A stretch of 64,000 nt of DNA from Okamejei kenojei (taxonomy: Eukaryota): contig CM069148.1 in assembly GCA_035221665.1 (NCBI GenBank), positions 10,540,001 through 10,604,000 of the forward strand, in the 5' to 3' direction. The translations under genes and the position numbers were made by a program. This document shows, piece by piece, positions 13,310-27,119 of the stretch; the first letter of the stretch is position 1, and each line of letters starts with the position of its first letter. Below the pieces are notes generated by a model. The model did not search any database. It had not been told where the DNA came from and worked only from the letters and a program-made list of their open reading frames with translations.

Positions 13310-13705
13310 AACAGCGACACAGCAGTAGAGTTGCTGCTTCACAGTACCAGACACCTGGGTTCTGGCTGTATGGAGTTTGTACGTTCTCCCTGTGACCACA
13401 TGGGTTTTCTCTGAGTGCTCTGGTTTCTTCCCACATTCCAAAGACGTGCAGGTTTGTAGGTTAATTAATTTTGTAAATTGTCCCTAGTGTACAGGGATCG
13501 TTGATCGACGCAAACCTGGTTGCCGAAGGGCATGTTTCCACACTATCTCTAAACAAAAACAAAAATAAATCGCTCCATAACTCTATACAACTCTATGACT
13601 CTATTCAAGCCAGGTGGTTGGAACTAGTGTAGATGGGGGATGTTGGTCAGCGTGTGCATGTTGGGCCACAGGGCCTGTTTCCACACTATATGATTCTGTG
13701 ACTAT
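13310..13705 (+). mobile_element. HE1-type V-SINE plus adjacent SINE/LINE tail
   Basis: V-domain motif TGGAGTTTGTACGTTCTCCCTGTGACC...GGTTTCTTCCCACATTCCAAAGACGTGCAGGTTTGTAGGTTAATT, followed by a CR1-derived 3' tail. Confidence 0.8.
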
Positions 13706-15520
13706 ATAATCTTTGCGTAAAGATATTGACTGAAAGTTCATTCGTGGTGTGTCAGAGCTGGGAGTCGGATCAGGTCAGGGCTGTCGATGAGAGTTTGGTC
13801 AGGGTTGTTGGTGGGAGTTATGTTGGGTTAGGGCTGCCAGGGGGTGTTCAGTCACTGACATATATTGGATCTATTCTTGTCTGAGCTAATTTGAATATAT
13901 ATTCCTTTCATTCTTGGCTTTCTAGTTTTTATTAATTATTTTGGTGGTGGGAGATGTTTGGTAAGCGAACCCTACAATTCTGAAGCACAACATTGATGAA
14001 AAATATAATTAGAAACTTTAATTGGATATCTTAGGATGCGTCCTGAATGTAAGATACAATTACTTGTGGATTCATATCTAACACAGGTCATGGGTCATAT
14101 TGATTGAGATTATTTTGGTGAGCACTAGAGTTAATTAGATCAAACATAGCAGAGTTGAAAGAACCTAAGAGGCAATCTCCTCGAAAGGATAATTGCAAAG
14201 TGATTACAAAGGCAATTGAATCTCTGTTAACCAACCTTTCTCTGCTTTAGCTATAACAAAACTAGATCATAGGACCTTTTTTTACTTATAATGCTATGAT
14301 CAAGCTATATTGTATATGTAATCTCTTACTGCCCTAAAAACAAGTGTCACATACACTTCCAATTGTGGTTCCTTAAATATCTCCAATTTTAATTGCACCA
14401 TCATTTGAGAACTGGGCTTTGATTGTAACTAATGATAGACCAAAGCACAAGGTGCATGAACCTTTTTAGGAAAGGGGGAAGTTAAAATCAGAAATCTGAA
14501 ATCAGAAATGAAAAATAAATCTGCATATATTTTCAATATTTTGTGTGTATTTTGAATATGTATTCAATGTTTTAAAATAATGGTCCTATTGGAGACAACA
14601 TATCTATTGGTAAAGTTAAATGGATTGAAACTGGATCAGAATATTCATTCGCTTTGTTCTTGTGCATCTTTTTGCTTTAATCCATGTAATTTCTTGCTTG
14701 GAGAATGGATCAAAATCGAGTTTATGGTAAACATTGTATACTTGAGTAACATGGATCGACAGATGGTTATTATGTTAATGGAATAGTTGATCTGTAATCC
14801 AATTCCTTATCATTCTTAACCGATAAGAAAAGCTGTAAACAGCCAGCCGATCGGGCAACATCTGTGGAAAGAGAAACAGAGTTAATGTTTCAAGTCAAAG
14901 AAGAAATAAATGAGTTGGTTTAAGTGAGTTGTGTGAGATGGATTGGATAAAGGGAATATCCTTGATGAGATGAGGCCATACCAGCTGGGGGGGGGGGGGG
15001 GGGGGATGGGGGGTAGGTTATAAGTGACGTCTGCTTGATGGGTTAATGGGGACAGTTATAGATAGAAAACATGGACAAAGTAAAAAATTGTATAAAATCA
15101 GGGAAGATAGAGAGTGAAAACATGACATAAAAGTTGTGAAATGCAGAGTTGTATCATGTGCCCAGCAGGTCAGGCAGTGCCCATAGTGAAAGAAAAACTA
15201 TTTGTTGCCGAACTGCTCATACATTCTTCATGTCCAGTTATTGTAGTGTGCCCATCCAAAGGAGGGAGCGTGTCTCCACGTTAGGTAAACAAATACTCCA
15301 CCTTTTTACAAGATTGTTTTCAATAAAACTCTGTACAAGTGATTCAAGGATGAACATAAAATATTTTTGGTTGTGCATTTAAGAAAAATCTTACTTTCTG
15401 ATTTTTTAATATTTATTTTTTATTACTATTTTCACTTATAGTGACTATTCTTATATATTCTGCTATCTTTTCTGATATTGGTGTAATATGAAACAGACAT
15501 TTCTGATTGAAACAAAGTAA

Positions 15521-16049
15521 AGGGCCTGTCCCACTTGGGCGACCTAATCCGCGAGTTCTGGCGAGTTTGCCCTCGACTCATACTCGCAGCATGGTCGACA
15601 CGAGGTCGTAGGAGGTCTTCGTAACTCTTCTTCATGCTTGAGAGTGATCCCCACGTACTTGAGGCCTCAGCTAGGTCGCGCTGTTTTTTCAACATGTTAA
15701 AAGATGCCCACGAATAAAAAAAAGTATCCTTGGAAAAAATCGATACTTTTTTTATTCATAGGTTTAGTTGTAGTAGGTTGTAGTAGGTCGGTATGTTAGT
15801 TGTAGGTAATCAAGGGTAGTCGAAAGCTGTCGAAGGTAGTCGTAGATAGTTTTCATCATAGTAGAAGGGAGGTCGAAGGAGATCGAAGGAGTTCGTCTTC
15901 ACTCTCCACTATTTGGTGTCCAATTTTCCCGAAGTTAGTCGTAGCTAGTCGAAGCTGGTCTTCAACATAGTCGAAGGAGGTCTTCAACATGTAATTTTTT
16001 CAAACTCTTCTAAACTCGCCAGTTAGGTCGCCCAAGTGGGACAGCCCCT
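15521..16049. mobile_element. Non-autonomous PIF/Harbinger-type MITE
   Basis: TIRs AGGGCCTGTCCCACTTGGGCGACCTAA / TTAGGTCGCCCAAGTGGGACAGCCCCT (1 mismatch). TAA TSD on both sides (15518-20, 16050-52). Internal GTCGAAG/GTAGTCG repeats. Confidence 0.9.
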
Positions 16050-16114
16050 TAAGGCTTCTTGAATTTCTCAATAGCTAATCATTTCCAGGTTTTGCATTGG
16101 GGTCAGATATTTTT

Positions 16115-16460
16115 CAAAGTCAAAGTCAAAAGTCAAAAGAGTTTATTGTCATGTGTCCCTGACAGGATAATGACATTCTTTCTTTGCTAAGCACAACAGA
16201 ACATAGTAGGCATTGACTACAAAACAGATCAGTGTGACCATATACCATTATATACGTAAATACACACATGAATGAATAAATTGATAAAGTGCAAATAACA
16301 GACAAAGGGGTATTAATGTTCAGAGTTTTGTCTGAGCCAAGTTTAATAGCCTGATGGCTGTGGGGAAGTAGCTATTCCTGAACCTGGTCGTTGCAGTCCT
16401 CAGGCTCCTGTACCTTCTCCCCGAAGGTAGCAGGGAGATGAGTGTGTGGCTAGGATGGCC
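16115..16460 (-). mobile_element. Rex1/Babar- or L2-like LINE 3' end
   Basis: (AAGTCA)n tail followed by TTTATTGTC. Contains ATAGCCTGATGGCTGTGGGGAAG..CCTGAACCTGGT, which encodes the FFPTAIRLLN-type ORF2 end on the - strand. Confidence 0.7.
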
Positions 16461-17557
16461 AGGATATTTTTATACAACTAGCTATGGATTACAACCTTTA
16501 TATTATCCACTTGAGTTGGTAGCAATTTTAAGTTGCAAAGAATACTTACTTGATGGTTAAGTTTAGTATCCTGGATCATGAGGAGTAACAAGAATAGGCA
16601 GATGTTGCAGAGAAGGTACAGACATGTGAGGTGAAACAATGTTTAAACAATAAAAGCTATACTTTTATATAGCTGAATTATCAATACAGCCACATCTTCC
16701 AGATCTAAAAGATTTGTTATGGAGACATTTGTATAAGTAAAAGTTAAGTTGTACAAGTACTGGAAAAAATCCAACTTTTAAAGTAGACCAGAATTTTAAT
16801 CCACCACATGTTTTATTGCATTTGTTTGAAGTGCAGCTCGGAATACATTTTTAACTGAAGAGAAATCATTAGAATTTGGTAGAATAAAATGAAAATTCAA
16901 GTTAATATTTTTAATTGGAACCAGTGCCATTTTATTTATGATATAATGTTTTTTGAAATCTCCAAAATATAAAAAAATCTTTACTGACTCTGTTTTGGTG
17001 ACAGGTGGACTTACTGAGAAAAAACATGAGCACATATCTCTATCTCTTCCCCACAAAGTATCAGACCATACCAGTAATGTTATGTGGCAGATTGTTTTGG
17101 TGAATTAAGCTGAAAATGATACAATTACAGTACTATTGTTTGCTGAATGTCGGCTGCAAAATCACTAATATGCACTACCATTTTCTGAAAGAAAATTTGT
17201 ATTGGCTGACAATAGAGTAGGTGAAAAGAGCCACTATGGTGTCTAACCCATTTAAAATAGAGCATCACCAATTCCATTTAGGATCGCTATGAAAGAATAC
17301 CTCTCATTCTGCAGGTAGTTCCAAGCTTTCAACACCTGCTAGCTGATCGACAGACTAGTGATTACTGTTTGTAGGTTACCATAAACAAAATTGTTCAATA
17401 AGTAAAGGGAGCTCCAGTGAATTATTTAACTTTATGCTGGACATTGAAAAATGAAGCTGGTACATAGTTTCTGTGGGAAATTGATGTGACACTAAACAGC
17501 CCCAGATTTACCTCATTCCTAAACACTATAAGATGTGTTCCTGGTTTCATGGTACCT

Positions 17558-18848
17558 GGACGTGGCGTCGAGGGACGAGAAGCCGGAGCAAAGAAGTGGA
17601 AGCCAAATAACCGAACGGAAACGAAGCCGAAACTCCAAATAATCTAAAGCGTACAAAGCCGAAACGCCAACTAACCGAAAGGGTGGGACGCCTAAAAGCA
17701 AACTCACCGAAAGACCGCTCTGCCGAAATGCCAACTCACCGAAAGGCTGCGTTGGCAGCGCCGGGTGGAGCAGAGGTGAAAGACCAGCACCTACCAACAA
17801 TGAAGGCACTATGAAACCAGCTGCCGCAAGCCCTTCCTACAGGACGGGGTCAGCATTAAAACTCAAAAAAGAGCTACTAGTTTTTACATTCAGGAATCTG
17901 GTTAATTAAGTGGGGGAATGGATAGTGTGGGCGGCGATGGTGATGCCGCCCAGGGGTGGAGGGTGGGGATAGCGGGAGCGATACAGCACGAGGGGGGGGG
18001 ATAGTGGGGGTGGACGTGGCAATGCCGCCCGGTGGAGGGGGGAACAGCATGGGCGATGCCGCCCAGCAGCGGAGCGCCGCACTCACCCACTGCGAACTCT
18101 TTACCGACTCGATCTGCCGTTGGCGTTGCTGCTGCAAGTTGGTCAGAGGCGGCAGGTGACCGCCGCCACCACCGCTCTTTGACAGCGGGAATATCCAGCT
18201 CATTGCTGGAGATGTTTCGGGGGCGACCCTGGCTCAGCCGGCCATCTGGGGGTCCGACTACTGGCAGCAATCAGTCGACTATTGCCATCATCCGACCGAC
18301 ACAGCTTGTCACAGTACAGCCGCACGGGGGAGACGCAGCGGAGGGTGGCCATTGGCCGTGGGAGAGTGGGGGCTGTCCCGAGGGATGCGCTCCTTCAGCC
18401 GCTTACAACTTGGTGCTCGGGTTCAGAATGCCCAGTCACCTATGGCTTGTGTGGGAAAATGACCTCCACCCTCCCGTCTCAATCGGCCAATGATGTGATG
18501 GATGCGGACAAGTCCCACCCCCCCCCGGCGACGTCATGTCTGTTATTTGCCTTTTCGGCAGAGCGGCCATTTGGTGAGTTGGCTTGTAGGTGACGCAGCC
18601 TTTCGGTGAGTTGGTGTTTCGGCAGAGAGGTCTTTCAGTGAGTTTGCTTTTAGGCGTCCCACCCTTTCGGTTAGTTGGCGTTCCGGCTCGTACGCTGTTG
18701 GTTAGTTGGCGTTCCGGCTCGTACACTGTCGGTTAGTTGGCGTTCCGGCTCGTACGCTGTCGGTTAGTTGGCGTTCCGGCTTAGTTTCCATTCGGTTATT
18801 TGGCTTCCACTTCTTTGCTTCGGCTTATCGTCCTTCAACGCCACGTCC
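17558..18848. mobile_element. Foldback-like non-autonomous DNA transposon with long modular inverted repeats
   Basis: 17558-17752 is the reverse complement of 18593-18848 (GGACGTGGCG...CGCCACGTCC). The arms are built of CCGAA-containing subrepeats and enclose a CpG-rich noncoding core. No TSD identified. Confidence 0.8.
18667..18781 (+). repeat. 31-bp tandem repeat (~3.7 copies) in the right arm of the foldback element
   Basis: TCGGTTAGTTGGCGTTCCGGCTCGTACGCTG starts at 18667, 18698, 18729 and 18760. Confidence 0.92.
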
Positions 18849-21800
18849 GCACACGGGTTTTATACTGAGTTAATATTGAAGATTATGGATTTTTAGAGTT
18901 TTGGTTGCTTCTATTAGATTTCTTTGATTCCATGTCATTGTTTTGTCTTGTTACCCTTTAGTGATGCAATTTGTAGAACTTTCCTGTGTTACATAAATGT
19001 AACTTGTTGTTCAACCTGATTCTGGTTAAATATATGAGCTTTACTTATTTAGCAGAGCAGGTTCTCTTCGGGATTTGACAATGGTAATGATGGAAATGTT
19101 ATAGACATGTAAACATCCAATAGGGTGTGATTAAAAACATAGAAAATAGGTGCAGGAGGAGGCCATTTAGTCCTTGTAGCCTGCACCGCCATTCATTGTG
19201 ATCGTGGTTGATCATCCACAAGGCAGTGCCTGCCTTCTCCCCATATCGCTTGATTCAGCGAGCCCCTAGAGCTCTATCTAACTATGGATCTGGATTATAG
19301 ATCTGGAGAATATCTGTACATTTTCCTCATAAATTGCTTCTGTCATTCTCCCTATTTAGTGGTTATTCTGCATCATGGTTTTTTAAACAATGGCTAACTA
19401 TTAAAAAGTAAACTACGTTACCAATTTTGGCACCACATTACTAACAGGGAATATAGATGAATGGTTTAAATTTTTGTTTGTTGCACAGCATATACTGTGT
19501 TATCACATTTTAATTTTCTAATAGCTAGATTCCTGGTACAAAGCTTGTAACTTGATTAATGGAGGTAAAGAAAACGGCTTGATCTTAAAATTCTTGAAAA
19601 CTGTCATATTGGTAGTCCATTATACAAATTAATTTAACCGTATTTCTTTATCTGGAAATTTGGAGGAGTGCTCAGATCTGGTTCATTTCCAATTATTGCA
19701 GATCTGTTTAATAGAATTACTTACTCCACATTTAGTGAATCACCACAAAAATATTTTAAGCATTTACCCTTGAACACATCTTAATACAAACCGAACTTTT
19801 ACTTCCATTGTATAGTTAGAATTCTGTTTACTTTCTAAAAGGTCTTTGTCACTCTATTAAGATTTATCCTGAAATTCAGTCGAAGAAACATGGAATTTGA
19901 TAGTAATTTAAACACCTTGTCTTGCCTAATTTTATTCTCAAACTAGAAATGTTAAAGCTGTTTCATTTTATGCCTGCTTGTCTGTCATAAAAGTTGGATA
20001 AACAGGAATTTACTCCAACTAAATATCGGTAAGATAAAAGCCATTGTCTTCAGTTCTCATCATTAATTCCTTTGCCAAGGAATCAATTTTGTCACATTTT
20101 CTGGTTGTTTGAAACTAAACTAATATGTTGAAACCCTTGTCATTTATATTGTACACCTAAAATGTGAACTTAAAAATACATACTTACATTGTCTCTCAGA
20201 ATACCTATTTTTACTTCTGTCACACTGTGTGACTTTTCCCTTTCTCAGTCCATTTGCTGAGTAAGTCCTCATATGTCTTTGTTACCCTTAGGTGACTTTT
20301 CCAGTGCATTCCTGGCAAGTTGTCCTGATTTGTTTTGGTTGTTTAGTTTTAGAGAAACAGCATAGAAACATGCCATTTGTCCCAATGATCACTTGTTCAC
20401 ACAAATTTTATGTAATCTCACTTTCTCATCCATTCCTACACATTTTGAAGTCTGATTAATCATTTTGAAGTTTTGACTGAAGTCTGAAGGGTCTGACCCA
20501 AAACATTGCCTATCCATGTCCTCCAAAGATGCTGTCTGACCACTGAGTTACTCCAGCACTTGGTGAATTAAGTTGTTATTCAGGCACCAATTTAGTTACC
20601 CCCCTGCAATTTCTATCAGCTAAATCAAGTTTTAAAAAAAAGCCTATTTATATGACAAAAATACATGGTGAATATTGGCAAGAACCTATTGCCATGTAGA
20701 GTCTTGCCATTTGGGATTTCAACAAGTTGAGACAGCAGTGTTGACATTGATAGATGTGGAAGAGGCAAGTCCCTACTCAGCCCTTGGGTCAGTGCTTGAG
20801 GGGAGTTATGTCCCAATAAATTTTGAACAAAATCCAAGAACGGAACAAAATAAGTTTATCATTCAATGTCCTGAAACGGGTACATTACACGTTGTCTAAG
20901 AATAAAACAACTTTGGCATGGGCCACGGACTTTGAAAAATGAAACCAGCTTAAGAATTATAATTGCACGTAATCTCGTTCAGTTGTGTGCCAATATAGGA
21001 GAAATAGAAGTAAGTTGGTATGTTGGATAGAAGATTTATACATGGAACTGAGGAATTCTGTTGGAATACTATCAGATCGTGTAGTAGATATGAATCATTG
21101 ATTTTTGAATTAAACCATACACAGAGAGAAACCGTGACAGCAGTTTACATGAGTAGACCCATTTGTCCAAATACACTGAGAAGAATTTTGCAAATGCTGG
21201 CTATCTGTAATCAATTTATACTTTGTTTTAAAGTCATTTGAGAAAGTTTAAAATTGGTCAGATATTTAGATTTCTATTTCCAACCAAAGCGTAACATTTG
21301 TTTAATTGATTGGTTGAGAAGATGAGGATGAATTATAAAATACATAATTTTAATACAAAAGGCAGGCTTTTTATACAATTGTTATCATAATTTAAAAAAA
21401 TGTGAAATTGTTCATGTCATTGTACAAATATGCTCGGTGGGCAGACCTAAAATATGGTAACATTATATAGATTTTCCTGCTAAATAATGGCTGAAATTAA
21501 TCAACAGAGAAGCCATGCAAAAATTATAATGCCTATGGTATTAATTAAACTTTTCACTTGAAAGACACGCAGTTTTCATTCAACTTTTAATTTTTTTCTG
21601 CTCACGGTATATTAGATTAGTCCAAAGTCTATCTCTTATAACTCAGCTCAGCATTTTATATTGCTTAGCCAAGCACATTAGAAGTTGCTCACTGAAACAG
21701 CAAGTTATAGCAGATGTGTTTATTATACCTATTACTGACATTGGTTTTATGAAAAGGCCATCATTTTTCCCTCTATGTACTCCTCCAGGTTTCCATGAGC

Positions 21801-21995
21801 CGAGTCAGATGTACATTTCTTAAATTTGGGGGTCTGCTAATTTATGAAATTCATTGGCAATGTGGCAGATCAACTCTAATCTTTATTGGAGCACAAATCT
21901 ATTAGAAACAGCGCATAAGAACTCTGTAGTAGCGAGAGATCACGTAAGACTAAGAATGCCATATTAATTTTCTGGGGCAATTAATTTTATGGCAG

Positions 21996-22106
21996 GTTCT
22001 GGAAAGGGATAATGAGCTGCTCCGGGAGAAGGCAAATGAAAACGAAGATAAATTTCAGATTCTTGAGAGAGAAAATGCAAAGACTACAGCTCAGTGGAAA
22101 AAGGAG
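21996..22106 (+). CDS. CCDC73: CCDC73 coding exon
   Basis: ggcag|GTT...GAG|gtaata, 111 bp. VLERDNELLREKANENEDKFQILERENAKTTAQWKKE vs human [37 protein letters not shown]. Confidence 0.95.
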
Positions 22107-24294
22107 GTAATAGGAATTAAAATAATACAAAAATTATATATATGTTTAATTTTTTGAAGATCATTGCCACCTTTATTGCAAATGAAAAGTAGTGAATGTA
22201 CTATAACACAGTCATCCCAATGGTTTATGTCATAAGAGTCCCCCGTATTTCATTATTGAATAATACCCAATAGCTCTCCACTTTTCCCATAATATCCACT
22301 CTTCTTACATACATACGTACATACAGTTACTTATATACTGTTGCCATATTTGTCCAACAGGCAGAGGGATGTAATCTCTTGACTTGTGTTGTGTCCACCA
22401 GATTTACCTGTTCAATGGTTGATGTGGTCAAACTAGTCAACATTTACTATACTTTTTTTTGTCTTTGGTTAAAATATATGTTACTTCAAGATAATTCTAG
22501 ATGACAAACACAATGTCTAGGATGCTCTTCTCATTGCAAGCAACTGTTCTTTTTAAATTCTACTTCCTCAATTTTTAATCCTAATTTCTAATAACTAGTG
22601 ATTGGGCCACAAGGTTGACATTGTCTCAGAAAGTGACTGTCCATCTACTTTCAGCTGATATGGTATTCCTAAATCCACCATCCTCCAATCTTGCAGTTTC
22701 TTGCGATCCCTCCTGTGTTATTGAAGCTCATCTTCTGTACAAGACCCATGACCAGCTATTCCATGCTTCTGACTGTTCAGTTCATATTTTTCACACCCAA
22801 GCTGGTATATAAATAACGACTCTTTTAAAGCCACCATCAACCATTCCTCATTTAAAAATAAGTCCTGACACTCTGTCCAACTACTGACCTATCGTCCCAA
22901 ATCACCTGCCCATCCACAGTGCTTCATTTGCCCTTGCACATGTTGTTGTTCCATATCTTTAAGCCTTCAAATTGCTTTATACTTCCTTATCCAAATTAAA
23001 TCAGTGTACTGTTGGCAACACCTTCTGTTCACTCACAGACCTATCCACGGGGACCTCCTCTTTCTTTATCTCCTCTTTCCCTGTGGCATCACTAAATTGC
23101 ACGTATATTGTTAATGCACAGTTCTGCCTCTATCATTCTGAGTTCAACTGACGGACACATTACCAGGTTGTTCGTCACGAGATGACACCCACAACATTTT
23201 ATATATGTAGGATGAATCGCTGCTTTCTGCGTGCTACTACATGAAGATGAATCCCATCAATATGAAACCCCAAAACAACTTCATTCATCTTGTCCTTCCA
23301 TAAACTAGGGTACTATACGATTAACCTCTAGCCCATTATAGGCATTGGACTGTGTTTCTGCAACTGGTGTTGCATCATTATGTTTTTTTGGGGTTTGTTG
23401 TTGGAATATGGACATCAGCAACAAGTCGAGCAGTTATTATCTGTTCTGAAATACCTCGCATTTGCCCCACAAAAAATAGCCCGTTTTGGATGCATATGTG
23501 AGTGAACCATATTACTGCAAATATATAACATGGAGGGCAAGGATATCAGTGAACCAATTTGGATTTTTCACCCCTCTGGTAGTTTCATCGTCATATTACT
23601 GGCATGTTTTAATTGTTGAATTCACTTTGCCCATCTGTCTCCAGTTCAGTTATCCAGAGCTCTGGCTACCATGGCAGTAACTTCACTACTATGTTTCTAT
23701 GCTCCATCTTAACAGAAGTGTAGATAACTTGAGGGATATTACAAACATTCTTCTACAAGATGACTGATTTTATTTTGCCTTGTATAACATCAGATTTATC
23801 AAAAGCTCTTACTATAGTCTTACCTTCAATAACAATAGAGAGATACACGGATTGTATTTCTCAGGTACGTAGGATGTTTGTGGCATGTACACACAAGACA
23901 GGGTGACCGCTGCACTACATAGTTTAATGAATTGAATATTCTCACACTTGTAATGTTCCCTAACAGCTGAGAGTTCAGGCAAGTATTTAAATCTCAAGTC
24001 TGCATCAATGGACCAATTGTGTGTGCAACATGCATTGGTAAATTAAATCTCTTTAATGAAATTTAACGTGGCAATATGGATTTAGAATCATAGAGTTATA
24101 CAGCATGGAAACAGGCTTATCGGCCCAGCTCATCCATGCTGGCAACATTGCCTAGGAAGGTAGTCGCATTTGCCTGTGTTTGCTCCATATCCTTCCAAAC
24201 CTTTCCCATTCACTTGGCTGTCAAAGTGATTTTAAAATGCCATAACTGTACTCGCCCCTACCACTTGCTCTAGTATTGTCATTCTTGCTTGCAG

Positions 24295-24435
24295 GAGAGT
24301 CAATTAAATGAAGAAAATCAACAAATTAAATCTGAGTTGGAATCACTCAGAAAAGCTCATGCAACATGCCAAGAGGTTGGTAATAATCTTGCTCCACAGG
24401 GTGTACAAGAAGAACAACAATTGCAGACACAGCAG
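24295..24435 (+). CDS. CCDC73: CCDC73 coding exon
   Basis: ttgcag|GAG...CAG|gtgaat, 141 bp. ESQLNEENQQIKSELESLRKAH... vs human [22 protein letters not shown]. A possible alternative donor lies at 24375/6. Confidence 0.85.
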
Positions 24436-25295
24436 GTGAATTTTATTTTAATTTAAAAAATCCAGTAAAAGAGCTTGTAGCTTTTCAACGATCAAGATTT
24501 GTGTATACCTTATGCTATATGCAGTTGTGACAACATGGACTAACAAGTTGCAAACTTTATTGTGCGGTAAACTAAATATTATTAAGAAATATTGGTTATT
24601 TGACTGAACTTTGCAGTCTTCTAATTTGCCTACAGATATGATAGGAGAAAACTAGTTCTTAAACTATTTACTTGGAATGCAGTAAAGAAGGGAGGACATG
24701 ACAGCTATTTTTTGAGATCTTGTGACTTCTTGGCCACATATTGTGAGCATAAATGGAGACACCTGCAGATGCTGGCATCTTGTGTAGAACACATAGTGCA
24801 GGAGTAACTCAGCGGGTCATGCAGCACCTCTGGAGCACATGGATAGTGACATTTCGGTTTGGGACTCATTGTCGGATTGATTGTAGTATGTGGGAAGTAA
24901 ACTGATAAAGAGGTGGGGATGGGACAAAGCCTGACATGGGAAAGAGAGGCTAGAGTACCTAAATTTGGAGAGTTCAGTGCAATGTTCCCATAAATATTAT
25001 GTGATTTATAATGATAAAATATATTGGTGAATCCAAGCATCAAAATTATTTTCAGGTGGGCTTTTAAAGTTCTAAAGACTGACATAGTGTTTCGGTTATG
25101 AGAGGTGCAATGGAAATCCAAGTTTGTTCATTGTAAGCTCACAGTATTCTGTCTATAAGGCAAATGAACCTAGGTTGACAACTAACAAAATCTTCATGTT
25201 AAATTACACTTTTTAGTGTTACTAGTTTATTATGTGTTCCTGGTAAATATACTCCAGTGTTAACTACTTGCTCATTCGCCCCCCATCTCCATTAG

Positions 25296-25506
25296 AATAT
25301 CTTACAACATCTTGAGCCACCTACTTTAGAGAGGACATCAGAACTGCAGACTAGTGTGAGCGAGACATTAATGATTACTAATAGTGAAATGCTATTAGGA
25401 ATTCACTGTCAAATACTGAAGGAAGCAGATGAAATTCCCAATGGGCTAGACTTCAAAAACCAAGGGAACAGCAACCAGGATGGAATGGTTACTACAGATA
25501 ATACAG
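25296..25506 (+). CDS. CCDC73: CCDC73 coding exon (poorly conserved)
   Basis: ctccattag|AAT...ACAG|gtacat, 211 bp, open frame, phase 0-1. This exactly bridges the phase of the flanking exons. Confidence 0.72.
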
Positions 25507-27119
25507 GTACATGATTTCCTAAAGAAAGAAATAACAGGAATCTCCTGAGCTACCATGTGCCTGGTTCCAATGAAGCAGTAAATTACTTAGTGTTGGTCAA
25601 AAATTGAATTCAGAACAAAACCATGACAATTAGGAAAAATACAAGGTTTATTTGAGAAAAGTTCAAATGTTCTTAAATTGAAATTGGAAAAATGTTCATT
25701 TGTTGAGAGATTTTACTGATTTATTGGTATAATTACTGTTATCAATACGCACTAGTTGCTACATTGTGGCACAGAAAGTTTGTTAAACATGATTCATCTA
25801 TTTTTGCTTTTTTTAAAAACGGTGGCTGATGTTAATATATAGAAACAAGCAAGAGGAGGCCATTCACCCCTTGATTTATTTTCTGCAAAACAAAACAATC
25901 ATGGCTGACCTATATTGGTGATACTTTCCTACACTGACCTTGATTTCCTCTTATACCTAAAAATCTATCAATTTCTACCTTGGAATTTCCTCATAGAATG
26001 AGTCTCCACAGCTGTCTTGGGAAGAGCATTCCAAAGTTTCACTGCAGCATACGTGAATTAATTTATTCCCATCTGCCCTGAATAGCTGACCCTTTGGTAT
26101 TTTGTGAAAAGTTGAATAAAGTTGATACAAATGAAGTGATTGAAAAATATTACAGGAACTCTTGACTTTAAACATGTTGCTGTCAGCTTTCTAGTGGGGC
26201 TGCTAAAGTGTGGTACATTGGTTAGATTATATTATGTAACGTATATAGAAACAGAAGAAAACAGATCTATTTTTACATATCCTTCTGAATGGTGGAAATA
26301 AATTTAACAACAGCTTTCAAAAGGAAATTGGATATATACTTGATAGGGAAAGAATTGGAAGGCTGTGGAGAAAAAGCCAGGGGATTAGGATTAATTGAAT
26401 AACTGTATGGAGCTGGTAGAGGCATTACAGTGTGAAGAGCCACTTTCTATAATGTACAATATTTTATCAGGGTTACTGATTTATTGTGCTTGAATAAATC
26501 AGATGACACTTTATCACCATGTTGTAAGAGCTTCTTGCGTAATGTTCTTGGTCTGGATAATATATGCACCTCTGCACAGAAATGTGTAAATCAATGGCAT
26601 TAATGATTATGTTTAATTATGCATTTAACTTTACCTCTTTTGTAAAAGTCCAAGAAATGAAGGTTGCTTGAAGGGAAGAGCTTTGTAGTTATTAGATTGT
26701 GAGAAGTGTGTGTATCACTCTGGGAATTGGAAGGAATAAACAGGTTAATAGTTAATACTTTAGATTTCCAACATTTGTAATTTTCTGATTTTAAATTAAT
26801 CATTTTGGGAATTAAAATAAAGCAATCTGCAGTTGTGGAAATCTACAAGCCATATTATGTTAAAGATACATCCATGAGAAAATTATTAGAAATTTAGGGA
26901 GATGGTTAGTTTTCGGAATAAAATGTATTTTGCTTTGCCACAATTTGTGTAACAGAGTATTAAGGTCCAGTTGTTATTAATGTGTTTGCTGACTTTCTAT
27001 ATGCAAAGGCATTGAAAATCTCTCTATATTGCCTTAAATAAATTTGCATAGAACAAAGAAAAATGAAAAAACATATATAGATCTGCCTACCAAGTTAATT
27101 TTTTGTTTAATCATAACAG

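Noticed and set aside
17877-18726. Overlapping GC-rich ORFs as protein genes
   Set aside because: No recognisable domain. Such ORFs are expected from stop-poor GC-rich sequence. The same applies to ORFs at 29945-30559, 47809-48326 and 59709-60337.
18667-18781. CRISPR-like array
   Set aside because: The 31-bp units are contiguous with no unique spacers, and they lie in a eukaryotic transposon arm.
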